Made by a program: the position numbers and the translations under genes. Positions 9,647-18,126 of a stretch of DNA of 64,000 nucleotides are shown here, in pieces; position 1 is the first letter of the stretch, and each line of letters begins with the position of its first letter. Origin of the DNA: Bryobacterales bacterium (lineage in GTDB: Bacteria > Acidobacteriota > Terriglobia > Bryobacterales > UBA6623); assembly GCA_965248305.1 (NCBI GenBank), contig OZ252099.1, forward strand, positions 4,977,981 through 5,041,980. Direction: 5' to 3'. The notes below the pieces were generated by a model that ran no database searches, was not told where the DNA came from, and was given only the letters and a program-made list of their open reading frames with translations.

Positions 9647-10219
9647 CTAGGCCAAGCCCAGCCCTTTGGTAACCGCTTGAAAGACCTCTTCGATCGACCT
9701 GCCTGCATCCACCCGCAGGAGCATGTCACGCTGCTCAAACAGCGCCAGCAGGGGCTGAGTCTTGAGGTGATATTCGGAGAGCCGATGCTGGAGCGCCTCG
9801 GGACTGTCGTCGGCCCGCTTGGTGAATCCGCCACCCTCGCCTAGGTGGGCCCGCATCATGACGCGGTCGGCCACAGCCGCATCCTCCAACTCGAGGTAAA
9901 TCGCGCGGTCGAGATTCCAGTGCTCGAACAAGTACGCGGCCTGCGACGGAGTGCGCGGAAATCCATCCAAGACAAACCCGTGCCGCCAGTCGTGCAATTC
10001 CAACCGCTCGCGCACGACTTCTTCAACGACTTCATCGGACACCAGCCGCCCTTCGGCGGTGATGCGCATTACCCGCGAGCCGAGCTTGGTGTGGTTGGCG
10101 ACGTGCCAGCGAAAGATCTCGCCGACCGAGATATGCACGAAGCCAAACTGTCTGGAGAGCAGCGTGGATTGAGTGCCCTTGCCCGAACCTTGCGGGCCGA
10201 TCATGATGAATTTGTTCAT
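9647..10219 (-). CDS. adk: Adenylate kinase
   Basis: P-loop IMIGPQGSGKGTQ; LLSRQFGFVHISVGEIFR; GFVLDGFPRTPSQA. 190 aa. Confidence 0.9.
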   Translation of the reverse strand: MNKFIMIGPQGSGKGTQSTLLSRQFGFVHISVGEIFRWHVANHTKLGSRVMRITAEGRLVSDEVVEEVVRERLELHDWRHGFVLDGFPRTPSQAAYLFEHWNLDRAIYLELEDAAVADRVMMRAHLGEGGGFTKRADDSPEALQHRLSEYHLKTQPLLALFEQRDMLLRVDAGRSIEEVFQAVTKGLGLA

Positions 10220-10328
10220 GCTGAGGAGCCGGTCTTACCGGTCAGGCAGCGGCAAGGCGCGATGACGGCTTAACGCTATCGTAATACTGTCTCCGGTCGG
10301 CCATCAGCCGACGCGGGTAGGTGGCGCA

Positions 10329-11048
10329 ATGGACACACTCCAGGGCAAAGTGGTCGTGGTCACAGGTGCCGCGAAGCGGATGGGGCGCAGCATCGCACTG
10401 GATCTCGCCGGTCGCGGGGCCAGGGTGGCTATTCACTACAAGGACTCCGCGGAGGAAGCGCGCGCAACGGCCGCTGCCTGCGGCGGGCGGACGTTCTGCG
10501 CCGACCTCGCCAAGGTCTCCGAGATCCGGCAGCTCTTCCTCGAAATCGCGCGGACGTACAGCCGGTTGGACTGCTTGGTGAATAACGCTGCGGTCTTTCG
10601 CGCCGTCGACCCGCTCGAAGCCACTGAAGAAGACTGGGACAGCATCCACGATGTCAATCTCAAGGGTACGTTCTTCTGCTGCCAGCAGGCCGCCAAGCTG
10701 ATGCTCCGCGGTGGTGGCGGGCGGATCGTGAACATCGCATCGCTTGGCGGCCTGCGCCCATGGTCCAAACATGTACCCTACTGCGCGTCAAAGGCCGGGG
10801 TCGTCATGCTGACACAAGCCCTGGCGAAGGCGCTCGCACCGGATATCGCGGTGAATGGCATCGCTCCGGGCGTGGTCCATTTTGGAAAGGAGATGACGGA
10901 GGAGATCGCGCATCTAGTGCGCCTCACCCCGCAGGGTCGGCACGGCACGGGTGCAGACATCGCCGAGACGGTGCGCATGCTGCTGGAGGGACCGTCATTC
11001 GTCACCGGCCAGGTCATCGCCGTGGACGGCGGCCTGTCGCTCAAATGA
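10329..11048 (+). CDS. Short-chain dehydrogenase/reductase (pteridine-reductase-like SDR)
   Basis: Rossmann motif VVVTGAAKRMGRSIA, NNAAVF, and catalytic YCASKAGVVMLTQ. Confidence 0.85.
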   Translation: MDTLQGKVVVVTGAAKRMGRSIALDLAGRGARVAIHYKDSAEEARATAAACGGRTFCADLAKVSEIRQLFLEIARTYSRLDCLVNNAAVFRAVDPLEATEEDWDSIHDVNLKGTFFCCQQAAKLMLRGGGGRIVNIASLGGLRPWSKHVPYCASKAGVVMLTQALAKALAPDIAVNGIAPGVVHFGKEMTEEIAHLVRLTPQGRHGTGADIAETVRMLLEGPSFVTGQVIAVDGGLSLK

Positions 11049-11071
11049 CAGTGACTGTGACTCGGGCAGAA

Positions 11072-11902
11072 TCAATCGTCAAAGTTTGCGACCAAACGCG
11101 AGATTGCGACCAGTTGGGCGAGTAATCCGGGTAGCTTGGCCAAGCGCAGGGCGTTCGCACCGTCCGACCTTGCACGGCTAGGTTCCTCATGCACCTCGAA
11201 GAACAGGCCGCTAACGCCCGCGGCCACGCCAGCCCGGGCCAGCGGAGCGATGAATTCCGGCTGGCCGCCGCTGGAACCGCCCGCCGCGCCCGGGAGCTGC
11301 AAGCTGTGCGTCACATCCAGTACAACGGGGTAGCCAAGCTTGCCCATCTTGTCCAGACCGCGGAAGTCAACCACCAGATCGCGGTACCCAAAGCTGGTCC
11401 CACGCTCGGTGAGCAGGATCTTGCGATTGCCCGCTGAAGCTACCTTTTCCGCGGCGTAGCGCATGTCCTCGGGTGCGAGGAATTGGCCCTTCTTGATATT
11501 CACAACGCGTCCGGTCTGGCCGGCCGCAACCAGCAGGTCTGTCTGTCGACACAGGAACGCCGGGATCTGTAGGATGTCGCAAACCTCGGCCACCGGAGCT
11601 GCCTGGGCAACTTCGTGGATATCTGTCAGCACCGGCAGGCCGGTCTCTCGGCGCACCGCTGCCAGCACTTCGAGCCCCTCCGCCAAACCGGGACCGCGAT
11701 ACGACGAAGCGCTCGTGCGGTTGGCCTTATCAAAGGAAGCCTTAAATACAGCAGCCACACCGGCTGATTCGGCCGCGTCTGCAACACTGCGACCAATCTT
11801 CAGGGCGTGCTCCCGGGATTCAATCACACAGGGACCGCAAATCACGAAAAACCGGTCTCCGGCTGTCAGTTGTGAGACTCGATCGTCCATGCGGCTCCGC
11901 AA
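11072..11902 (-). CDS. kdsA: 3-deoxy-8-phosphooctulonate (KDO-8-P) synthase
   Basis: FVICGPCVIESREHAL, FKASFDKANRTS, PVLTDIHE, QIPAFLCRQTDL, NIKKGQFLAP and VLDVTHSLQLPG match KdsA along its full length. Confidence 0.85.
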   Translation of the reverse strand: MRSRMDDRVSQLTAGDRFFVICGPCVIESREHALKIGRSVADAAESAGVAAVFKASFDKANRTSASSYRGPGLAEGLEVLAAVRRETGLPVLTDIHEVAQAAPVAEVCDILQIPAFLCRQTDLLVAAGQTGRVVNIKKGQFLAPEDMRYAAEKVASAGNRKILLTERGTSFGYRDLVVDFRGLDKMGKLGYPVVLDVTHSLQLPGAAGGSSGGQPEFIAPLARAGVAAGVSGLFFEVHEEPSRARSDGANALRLAKLPGLLAQLVAISRLVANFDD

Positions 11903-12224
11903 CGGGAAAGGCTGCCCGCAAACTCAGGATAGCCCGGAAGCTGCGGGGGTCCACGCAGTTCCCGTTCGCGCACTGGGACCCTGCCTCGAGGCCGTGTCGC
12001 TCGTCGCTGTGGCCTGCGAGGGGCCGCGCTGCTCCCGCGAAGGTGTCGCTCGCCTCAGCCCAGACGCCATTGCCGCCGAAGAACCAGCGGCGCGTTGACT
12101 GCTGCGTCCTGGGCCTTGCTGGTACCGCTGCCAGCGCCGTGTTCGAAGGGTGGCCGGTGGGCTGCACGCAACTCTGGATTCGCCGGCACAATCTGGCTGC
12201 CCCGCCGTCTGAGAGAATGAACGA

Positions 12225-13412
12225 ATGGGCATCTTTGACGACGAGCCCTTCCATCGCATCGGCAAGCTCCCGAACTATGTCTTCGCGGAGATCAACACCA
12301 TGCGAGCGCAGGCTCGCCAGGCCGGCCTCGACGTGATCGACCTCGGCATGGGCAATCCCGACGGCGCAACGCCGAAGGTGGTGGTCGACAAGCTGACTGA
12401 GGCCGCCCGGGATAAGCGCAACCACCGCTATTCTCTTTCACGCGGCATCCCGCGCTTGCGCGAGGAGATCTGCAAGCGCTACGACGCCAAGTATGGCGTC
12501 AAGCTGGACCCGGAGACAGAGTCGATCGCCACGATGGGCTCCAAGGACGCGCTGGCGCACCTGACATTCGCGACAATCGGCCCCGGTGATGGCGTCGCGA
12601 TGCCAGACCCTTCCTACCCGATCCACCAGTGGGGCGTCGTCATGGCGGACGGCAAGCAGATCGCGATTCCGATGCCTTCGCCGGAGGAATTCCTGTCGCG
12701 CATCGAGGATCTGTTCAAGAAACCCGGCCGCAAGCCGACGATGATCCTGGCGTCATTCCCGCACAATCCCACGACACTCTGTGTCGAGCCGAACTTCTTC
12801 CGCCCGTTGGTCGATCTAGCCCACAAGCACGGCACGATGCTGGTGCATGATTTCGCCTACGCCGACATCGTCTTCGACGGCTATACGGCCCCATCGATGA
12901 TGCAGGTGCCCGGAGCGAAGGAAGTCGGCGTTGAGATCTTTTCGATGTCTAAGAGCTACAGCATGCCCGGCTGGCGGGTCGGATTCTGTGTCGGCAACCC
13001 GAAGATGATCGACGCCCTTGCCCGGATCAAGAGCTACTTGGACTACGGGATGTTCCAGCCCATCCAGATCGCCGCCATTATCGCGCTGCGCCAGTGCGAA
13101 TCGGCCACCGAAAAGAACGCGGCGATGTACAAGGCCCGTCGTGACGTCCTCGTTGACGGGTTGCGCAAGGGCGGCTGGGAAATCGAGCCTCCCAAGGCGA
13201 CCATGTTCGTGTGGGGCAAGATCCCCGAGCGGTACGCGTGGTCAGGCTCGCTGGAGTTTTCCAAGCTACTGCTCCATCGGGCGCTGGTGGCGGTCTCGCC
13301 CGGCATCGGATTCGGTCCCGCCGGCGACAACAGCGTGCGTTTCGCACTGGTGGAGAACGAGCAGCGGATTCGCCAAGCTACGCGTGGCATCCGCAAGCTG
13401 CTGCGGGACTGA
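12225..13412 (+). CDS. alaC: Class I/II PLP-dependent aminotransferase (AlaC/YfdZ-like alanine transaminase)
   Basis: Collinear with E. coli YfdZ as recalled from memory: KLPNYVFAEIN, DLGMGNPDGATP, SRGIPRLR, PSYPIH, FPHNPT, and the PLP-Lys motif SMSKSYSMPGWRVGF. Confidence 0.8.
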   Translation: MGIFDDEPFHRIGKLPNYVFAEINTMRAQARQAGLDVIDLGMGNPDGATPKVVVDKLTEAARDKRNHRYSLSRGIPRLREEICKRYDAKYGVKLDPETESIATMGSKDALAHLTFATIGPGDGVAMPDPSYPIHQWGVVMADGKQIAIPMPSPEEFLSRIEDLFKKPGRKPTMILASFPHNPTTLCVEPNFFRPLVDLAHKHGTMLVHDFAYADIVFDGYTAPSMMQVPGAKEVGVEIFSMSKSYSMPGWRVGFCVGNPKMIDALARIKSYLDYGMFQPIQIAAIIALRQCESATEKNAAMYKARRDVLVDGLRKGGWEIEPPKATMFVWGKIPERYAWSGSLEFSKLLLHRALVAVSPGIGFGPAGDNSVRFALVENEQRIRQATRGIRKLLRD

Positions 13413-13506
13413 TCCGGGCCCCCCGGTATACTGAAGACAGCGTAGGCCTGAGCATCGTAGACGCTCGCCTCCGTTTCTCCAGCTCACGCCTCGGCGGTAC
13501 CTCTTC

Positions 13507-14193
13507 ATGACCCGATTACTCACTGTTCCATGCCTCCTGCTCTCGTTAGCCGCGGCTTCCGCCACGGTCTTAGAGGCGCAGTCTCTGAGCAAGGTGGTCG
13601 ACGGCATCGAGCGGCACTACAACAGCTTGAGTGCCTTGCAGATGGGCTTCGAGCAATCGATGGAATACGGCGGCCAGAAACGGATGGCGGAGTCAGGCAC
13701 GCTGTACTTGCAGCGCCCCGGCAAGATGCGCTGGGAGTATTCCAAGCCCGCAGGCAAGATCGCCATCAGCGATGGGAAGATCTTCCGGATGTACAACCCG
13801 AACTCGAATCAGGTGCGCCAAGTCGAGATGGAGGCTATGACCGACCTGCGTGCTCCGCTGTCATTCCTGCTAGGGCGCATGCGGCTGCGCAGGATGTTCC
13901 GCAATCTGCGTCTGGAACAAATCGATGGCCGACAAGTACTGATCGGCGACGGCCGCAACGCCCAAGACATTTACGCGCGAGTCGAGTTTGACTTTGATCC
14001 CGCCGGGCTTGGGATCACGGGAATCCGCATTGTCGGGCGCGATGATTCGGTCAACGTCTACGGATTCTCTGACGAGCAAGCGAATCCGAAGCTCTCTGCC
14101 GAGATGTTCGAGTTCAAGGCCCCGCCCGACGCGGAGGTCGTTCCGCTAACTCGGACCTTCAACAGCCTTCCCCCGGAAGCTCGGGAACAGTAG
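13507..14193 (+). CDS. LolA-like outer-membrane lipoprotein carrier protein
   Basis: Signal peptide (LLTVPCLLLSLAAASATVLEAQ) and a LolA-type core (FEQSMEYGGQKRMAESGTLYLQRPGKMRWEYSKPAGKIAISDGKIFRMYNP). Confidence 0.6.
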   Translation: MTRLLTVPCLLLSLAAASATVLEAQSLSKVVDGIERHYNSLSALQMGFEQSMEYGGQKRMAESGTLYLQRPGKMRWEYSKPAGKIAISDGKIFRMYNPNSNQVRQVEMEAMTDLRAPLSFLLGRMRLRRMFRNLRLEQIDGRQVLIGDGRNAQDIYARVEFDFDPAGLGITGIRIVGRDDSVNVYGFSDEQANPKLSAEMFEFKAPPDAEVVPLTRTFNSLPPEAREQ

Positions 14194-14217
14194 CGACAGC
14201 GTCCCGCTCGGCTCACG

Positions 14218-14790
14218 CTAGTCTTCGACGCGCGCACTGTCGAGAAACACCGGCAGGATCGGCACATCCTCCATCGGTCCGCGACGGCTCGTCTGGACCC
14301 GCGAGATGCGGTCCATGACCTCCATCCCCTCGATGACACGACCGAAAACCGTGTAACCGAACCGCTGCGCCCCACGATCCAGTCCGGTGTTCGGCTTCAA
14401 GTTGACGAAGAACTGGGATGTCGCCGTGTCCTTGCCCCATTGGCGCGCCATGGCCACAGTGCCGCGATCGTTGCGGATCCCGTCCTTGGTCTCGATGCGG
14501 ACGGGCTTGCGAGTGGGTTTGAGCTCGAGTTCCGGAGTGAAGCCCCCGCCCTGAACCACAAATCCATCGATAACTCGGTGAAACAAGGTGTCATCGTAAA
14601 AGCCAGAATTGACGTAGGCCAGAAAGTTGGCAACGGTCTTAGGCGCCCGCTCAGGGTACAGCTCGATCCGCACGTCCCCCATCGAAGTCTTGAGCGTGAC
14701 CACGGGATTGGCGGGTCCTTGTTCCGCAGCCACTGCGAACCCGATCAATCCGGTGCCTAGGAGCAGGCACAGCGAAAGCCGCATCCTCAT
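14218..14790 (-). CDS. Cyclophilin-type peptidyl-prolyl cis-trans isomerase (exported)
   Basis: GDVRIELYPERAPKTVANFLAYV, FHRVIDGFVVQGGGF, ARQWGKDTATSQFFVNL. Signal peptide MRMRLSLCLLLGTGLIGFAVAA. The ORF track start at 14829 is also possible. Confidence 0.9.
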   Translation of the reverse strand: MRMRLSLCLLLGTGLIGFAVAAEQGPANPVVTLKTSMGDVRIELYPERAPKTVANFLAYVNSGFYDDTLFHRVIDGFVVQGGGFTPELELKPTRKPVRIETKDGIRNDRGTVAMARQWGKDTATSQFFVNLKPNTGLDRGAQRFGYTVFGRVIEGMEVMDRISRVQTSRRGPMEDVPILPVFLDSARVED

Positions 14791-14826
14791 CCGTACGAGG
14801 ATACAAGACCATCTCAGGCGGCGCAT

Positions 14827-15100
14827 CATGGGAATGCGCGTCGTTCCAGAGTTCGAGTTGCGCCTGCGCCTGCGCGGCGCCTCATCGAGCGCATCCCGCG
14901 CACGCGTCCGCTACCGCGTGACCGAAGAGGGCCTGCGCACGGCCCTGTGCTGCCATCGCACCTACGCCCGTGTTCTGCGCCCCGCCCTCTCAGTGGTCTT
15001 CGACGACTGCGGAGCCAACTCCACGCCGCTGCAAAACGCGGTGGAACGCCTCGACCGAGAGATCAACCGCCTCTGGGAGGGCTACTCGATCGCCCCGTGA
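14827..15100 (+). CDS. Hypothetical protein (about 90 aa), possibly a fragment
   Basis: In-frame ATG inside ORF 14627..15100, just past the divergent PPIase start. No motif recognised. It lies at the edge of the AT-richer island. Confidence 0.25.
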
Positions 15101-15651
15101 ACTTGACCCGATCGTAAACGTCACGCTTAGACAAGGAAACTAGTCGTCGCTCGAGCCGCGTAGCTCCAGCAAGGCATCCCGCAAGGCAACTCTCAACACC
15201 ATCTCAATGTCATCCTCGTTGGTGCCGAACTCATAGGCGCACGCCTTGACGCGTTTGTGCCATTCATCGGAGAGCTTCTGCTTAACATAGATCCGGCAGA
15301 AGTCGTCAATTCTCAAATGGCTCGTACCCGCCTACTTTGTCCACCAGACTCAGTGCGAGTTGGGATGCCCACCGGCTGGCCTGAAACGCCTGCGGCGCTT
15401 TTGAGGGCCGGCGGGCAGACCGCCCCCCCACCCCACGGGCCGTCACGGCCCGTGGCGGAGACTCCCGTGCTGTGCCTGAGCGGGGCTCAGGGGCGGGCGG
15501 CGCCGGCCCGAGGTGGCGTGAACTGCGGACTCTGGCCTGGGGGAGAGCCTCCGGGGAGGCCTCGCCAATGAATGATGGCCCGCTCGGACCCAGACTGGCC
15601 TTGGGGCATGGGCACCAATGACTGAAGGGGGCGTGACTGCCGGGCCCCCGC

Positions 15652-16035
15652 CTACCACTGATGATACGCGAGGAGCCTATTGGCCTCTATCTGCCTTCCG
15701 AAGTCGGTGAGGCGAAGTGGGCTGGCACTTTCTACCGGTGCGGGAGTGGGAGGGAGTCTGGCAAAGATTTTCTTGATGTCATCCCGGATTTCACTCATGA
15801 AATCCCTCAGGGCGGACCGCTCCTGCTCCACGCTTTCCTTCCATTCGGCTAGATCCCTGTCAGCCCGCTGCTCCCAAGCCTTGCGGTCCGCGTCAGCAGC
15901 GATCTTTGCAGACTTGCGGTCCTTGTCCACGCCAAGCTTCCATGTGGCGGTGCTCCAAAGTAGCCTGCCGACTGCAAGGACAGCAATGATGATTAGGGGC
16001 GTGTTGAACCACTCAGGCATCAAAAATGACCGCAA
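15652..16035 (-). CDS. Hypothetical single-pass membrane protein with a coiled coil
   Basis: 127-aa ORF in AT-richer DNA. N-terminal TM segment (PLIIIAVLAVGRLLW) followed by a charged coiled coil (DRKAWEQRADRDLAEWKESVEQERSALRDFMSEIRDDIKK). Confidence 0.4.
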   Translation of the reverse strand: MRSFLMPEWFNTPLIIIAVLAVGRLLWSTATWKLGVDKDRKSAKIAADADRKAWEQRADRDLAEWKESVEQERSALRDFMSEIRDDIKKIFARLPPTPAPVESASPLRLTDFGRQIEANRLLAYHQW

Positions 16036-16212
16036 GTCACTATAGCAGGGGGGCTGTGCCGCATAGCTACTTGTAGCCTACCAAGGGGCCCTATATGCCA
16101 AAGTGCTCAGAAACGGAATCTGGCGGGAATATTCGGTACAGCAGAACGCATATAAACACTTTTAGAATCAGTTCATTAACGCTTGATTCCACTTGCAGTT
16201 CGTGGTATGCTA

Positions 16213-16771
16213 ATGCTCATGAGAAGACCCAGCAACCATACCACCAAGGGGCCTGGGCGGGAGGACCGCAAGGGCCTCACGATCATCGAGTTGCTACGCA
16301 AGTTCCCGGACGACGCGACGGCGGAAAGGTGGTTTGAGGAACTGCGCTGGAAGCACCGGCCGACCTGCCCGGACTGCCATTCCGGCAACCACGGACATTG
16401 CCCGTCCCATCCGTCCATGCCGTACACCTGCAAGGACTGCCGCAAGCGCTTCAGCGTCCGCAAGGGCACGATCATGCAGTCCAGCAACCTCGGCTATCAG
16501 GCCTGGGCTGTGGCGTTCTACATGGCGGCGACCAACCTCAAGGGCATCTCCAGCATGAAGCTGCATCGCGAGCTAGGCATCACGCAGAAGACTGCCTGGC
16601 ACATGCTGCAGAGAATCCGCGAGGTGTTCAGGGACGGCGAGGCACCGCTCAGCGGCATCGTTCGAGCTCGACGAGGTTTACCTCGGCGGCAAGGAGCGCA
16701 ACAAGCACGCATCGAAGAAACTCAAGGCCGGTCGCGGAACCGTCCGGGGCGACCGGAAACGCGCGTCCTGA
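16213..16771 (+). pseudogene. IS1595-family (ISXO2-like) transposase remnant, frameshifted and truncated
   Basis: N-terminal Zn-ribbon/HTH part is intact (FPDDATAERWFEELRWKHRPTCPDCHS...YTCKDCRKRFSVRKGTIMQSSNLGYQAWAVAFY...KGISSMKLHRELGITQKTAWHMLQRIR). The expected VELDEVYLGGKERNKH...GRGT continues in another frame from about 16660 and stops at 16771. The DDE core is missing. Confidence 0.7.
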
Positions 16772-16846
16772 GAATCAACCTTCCGGTCCAGCAGGCCGCC
16801 CGGCGCATGTTCGCCTACGGGCTGCCGCGCAAGCAACGCAACGAGG

Positions 16847-17392
16847 ATGGCGGAGCCGAACGTTAAGCGCCGCACGCTGTTGACCGGGGACAATCCGGAC
16901 GTCCTGCGGGGCATGAATTCCGAGAGCGCAGAGCTGCTCTACTGCGACCCTCCATTCCACACGAATCGCCATGACGAGGCTCCCATAGGCTCAGAGGCGG
17001 CAGGAGCGGCCTTGCAGGACACGTGGACTCTGAGCGACGTGGACCGGGCTTGGCTTGGCTGGATCGCTGAGAGGGGCCCCGCACTGGCCAGCATCATTGA
17101 CGCTGTTGGGCTCGCGCATGGCAAGGGCATGCAGACCGAGCTGGTCATGAGGGCCGTGCGCCTGCTGGAAATGAAGCGGTTGCTCAAGCCAACGGGAAGC
17201 CTGTATTGCGATCCCGCGGCCAGCCACTATCTCAAGCTGGTGATGGATGCGATCCTCGAACCTCAGAATTCCCGCAACGAAATTCACTGGAAGCGCTATG
17301 GCGCACACAATGACGTGGGCCAAGGATCTCGCCATTTCGGATTGCCCGGAACATTCCCGCCAGATTCCGTTGCTGAGCACTTTGGTATATAA
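16847..17392 (+). pseudogene. Truncated beta-class N6/N4 DNA methyltransferase remnant
   Basis: Catalytic motif IV region LLYCDPPF, then LQDTWTLSD, RLLEMKRLLKPTGSLY-CDPAASHYLKLVMD and NEIHWKRYGAHND. The ORF ends after 181 aa, before the C-terminal SAM-binding motif expected in this class. No partner restriction gene is present. Confidence 0.6.
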
Positions 17393-17669
17393 GGCCCCTA
17401 CCAAGTCCATCTGTTCCAGGTCTTTTGTGTGAGAACGGAAGCCATGAAAACCATCTTTCAGGAAAATGCAGGATGGTTTATTTCAGTTCCCCCAGAGCAG
17501 CTTCAAGTGCTCTGGCAAGAACAGGGACAAGCCGCCGAAGGCGGTGCGGGCGCGGCGGGGCGCAAGAACGAGTTTCCTGACATCGGCCGCGTCGGGGCGG
17601 ACGATGTCGGCGAGCAGGTGGGCGGGCCGCCGAGGAGTTGGCCGACCCCTACCATGCCAGGCGGGCGCT

Positions 17670-17804
17670 GAGGGAATATTCAAGATCAGCAAGCAGTTCC
17701 TGGAGGTCGATCTGTTCCACGGCCAGAGCGAGCGCCTAGTCAAGCAGGAGCTGTACGCCCATTTCATTCTGATCGCGATGACGCGGCTGTTCACCAACCG
17801 GGAC
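17670..17804 (+). pseudogene. C-terminal remnant of an IS4-superfamily DDE transposase
   Basis: Only the tail is present: EGIFKISKQFLEVDLFHGQSERLVKQELYAHFILIAMTRLF. This is typical of the segment after the catalytic Glu in IS4/IS701-like transposases. No upstream DDE region. Confidence 0.4.
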
Positions 17805-17980
17805 GCGCACCTCTGCCCGGCGGGCCGGCCCGGAAATGGTCCCGCCGCAAGGCCGCTGCAGCCTAGCCGCCTCGATGCCGATGACTTGAGTGCCCGGAAC
17901 CTGCGAATGGACTGCCCTCAGGCCGCTAGACCCCAAAGCTAGTGCCATAGCTAGGGCTCCGGCCCGGACCCTCCAAGTAC

Positions 17981-18057
17981 TGGTACCGGGGGGCGGACTT
18001 GAACCGCCGACCTACGGGTTATGAGTCCGTCGCTCTAACCTGCTGAGCTACCCCGGC
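17981..18057 (-). tRNA. tRNA with anticodon CAU (elongator Met, or Ile2 if lysidine-modified); CCA encoded
   Basis: Minus-strand sequence GCCGGGG-TA-GCTC-AGCAGGTTA-GAGC-G-ACGGA-CTCATAA-CCCGT-AGGTC-GGCGG-TTCAAGT-CCGCC-CCCCGGT-A-CCA folds as a cloverleaf. Acceptor stem is 7 bp with G1.U72; D, anticodon and T arms are present. 77 nt. Confidence 0.85.
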
Positions 18058-18126
18058 TACTATTCCCATCCTAACGACTCGCGCTCGCGCTGCCAATCAC
18101 GGCCGGCGCAGCGGATCGCCCGCCCG

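Noticed and set aside
15098-15112. GTGAACTTGACCCG, which resembles part of the tRNA 3' half (GCGGACTTGAACCG). Considered as the distal att repeat of the island.
   Set aside because: Only about 9 of 10 core positions match, with no extension on either side. This is too short to distinguish from chance without a genome-wide or comparative test.
15140-15316. 58-codon minus-strand ORF (TTG start) with an RHH/antitoxin-like look.
   Set aside because: It is not listed as a feature. It has no ATG start and no adjacent toxin gene, it is below the ORF-track size cut-off, and I cannot assign a family from sequence alone. It is mentioned under the island finding.
15602-15614. 13-nt match (TGGGGCATGGGCA) to the outer terminus of the IS4-like element, considered as the end of a MITE or solo IS end.
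   Set aside because: I could not find a partner terminal repeat in the appropriate orientation within the neighbouring 300 bp, and similarity does not extend inward. It is kept only as a note within the GC-rich block finding.
16183-16211. Sigma70-like promoter TTGATT-17 nt-TATGCT just upstream of the IS1595 transposase remnant.
   Set aside because: The hexamers and spacing look good, but it would leave almost no leader before the ATG at 16213. Promoter consensus in this lineage is unknown to me, and the downstream gene is a pseudogene. It cannot be supported without transcript data.
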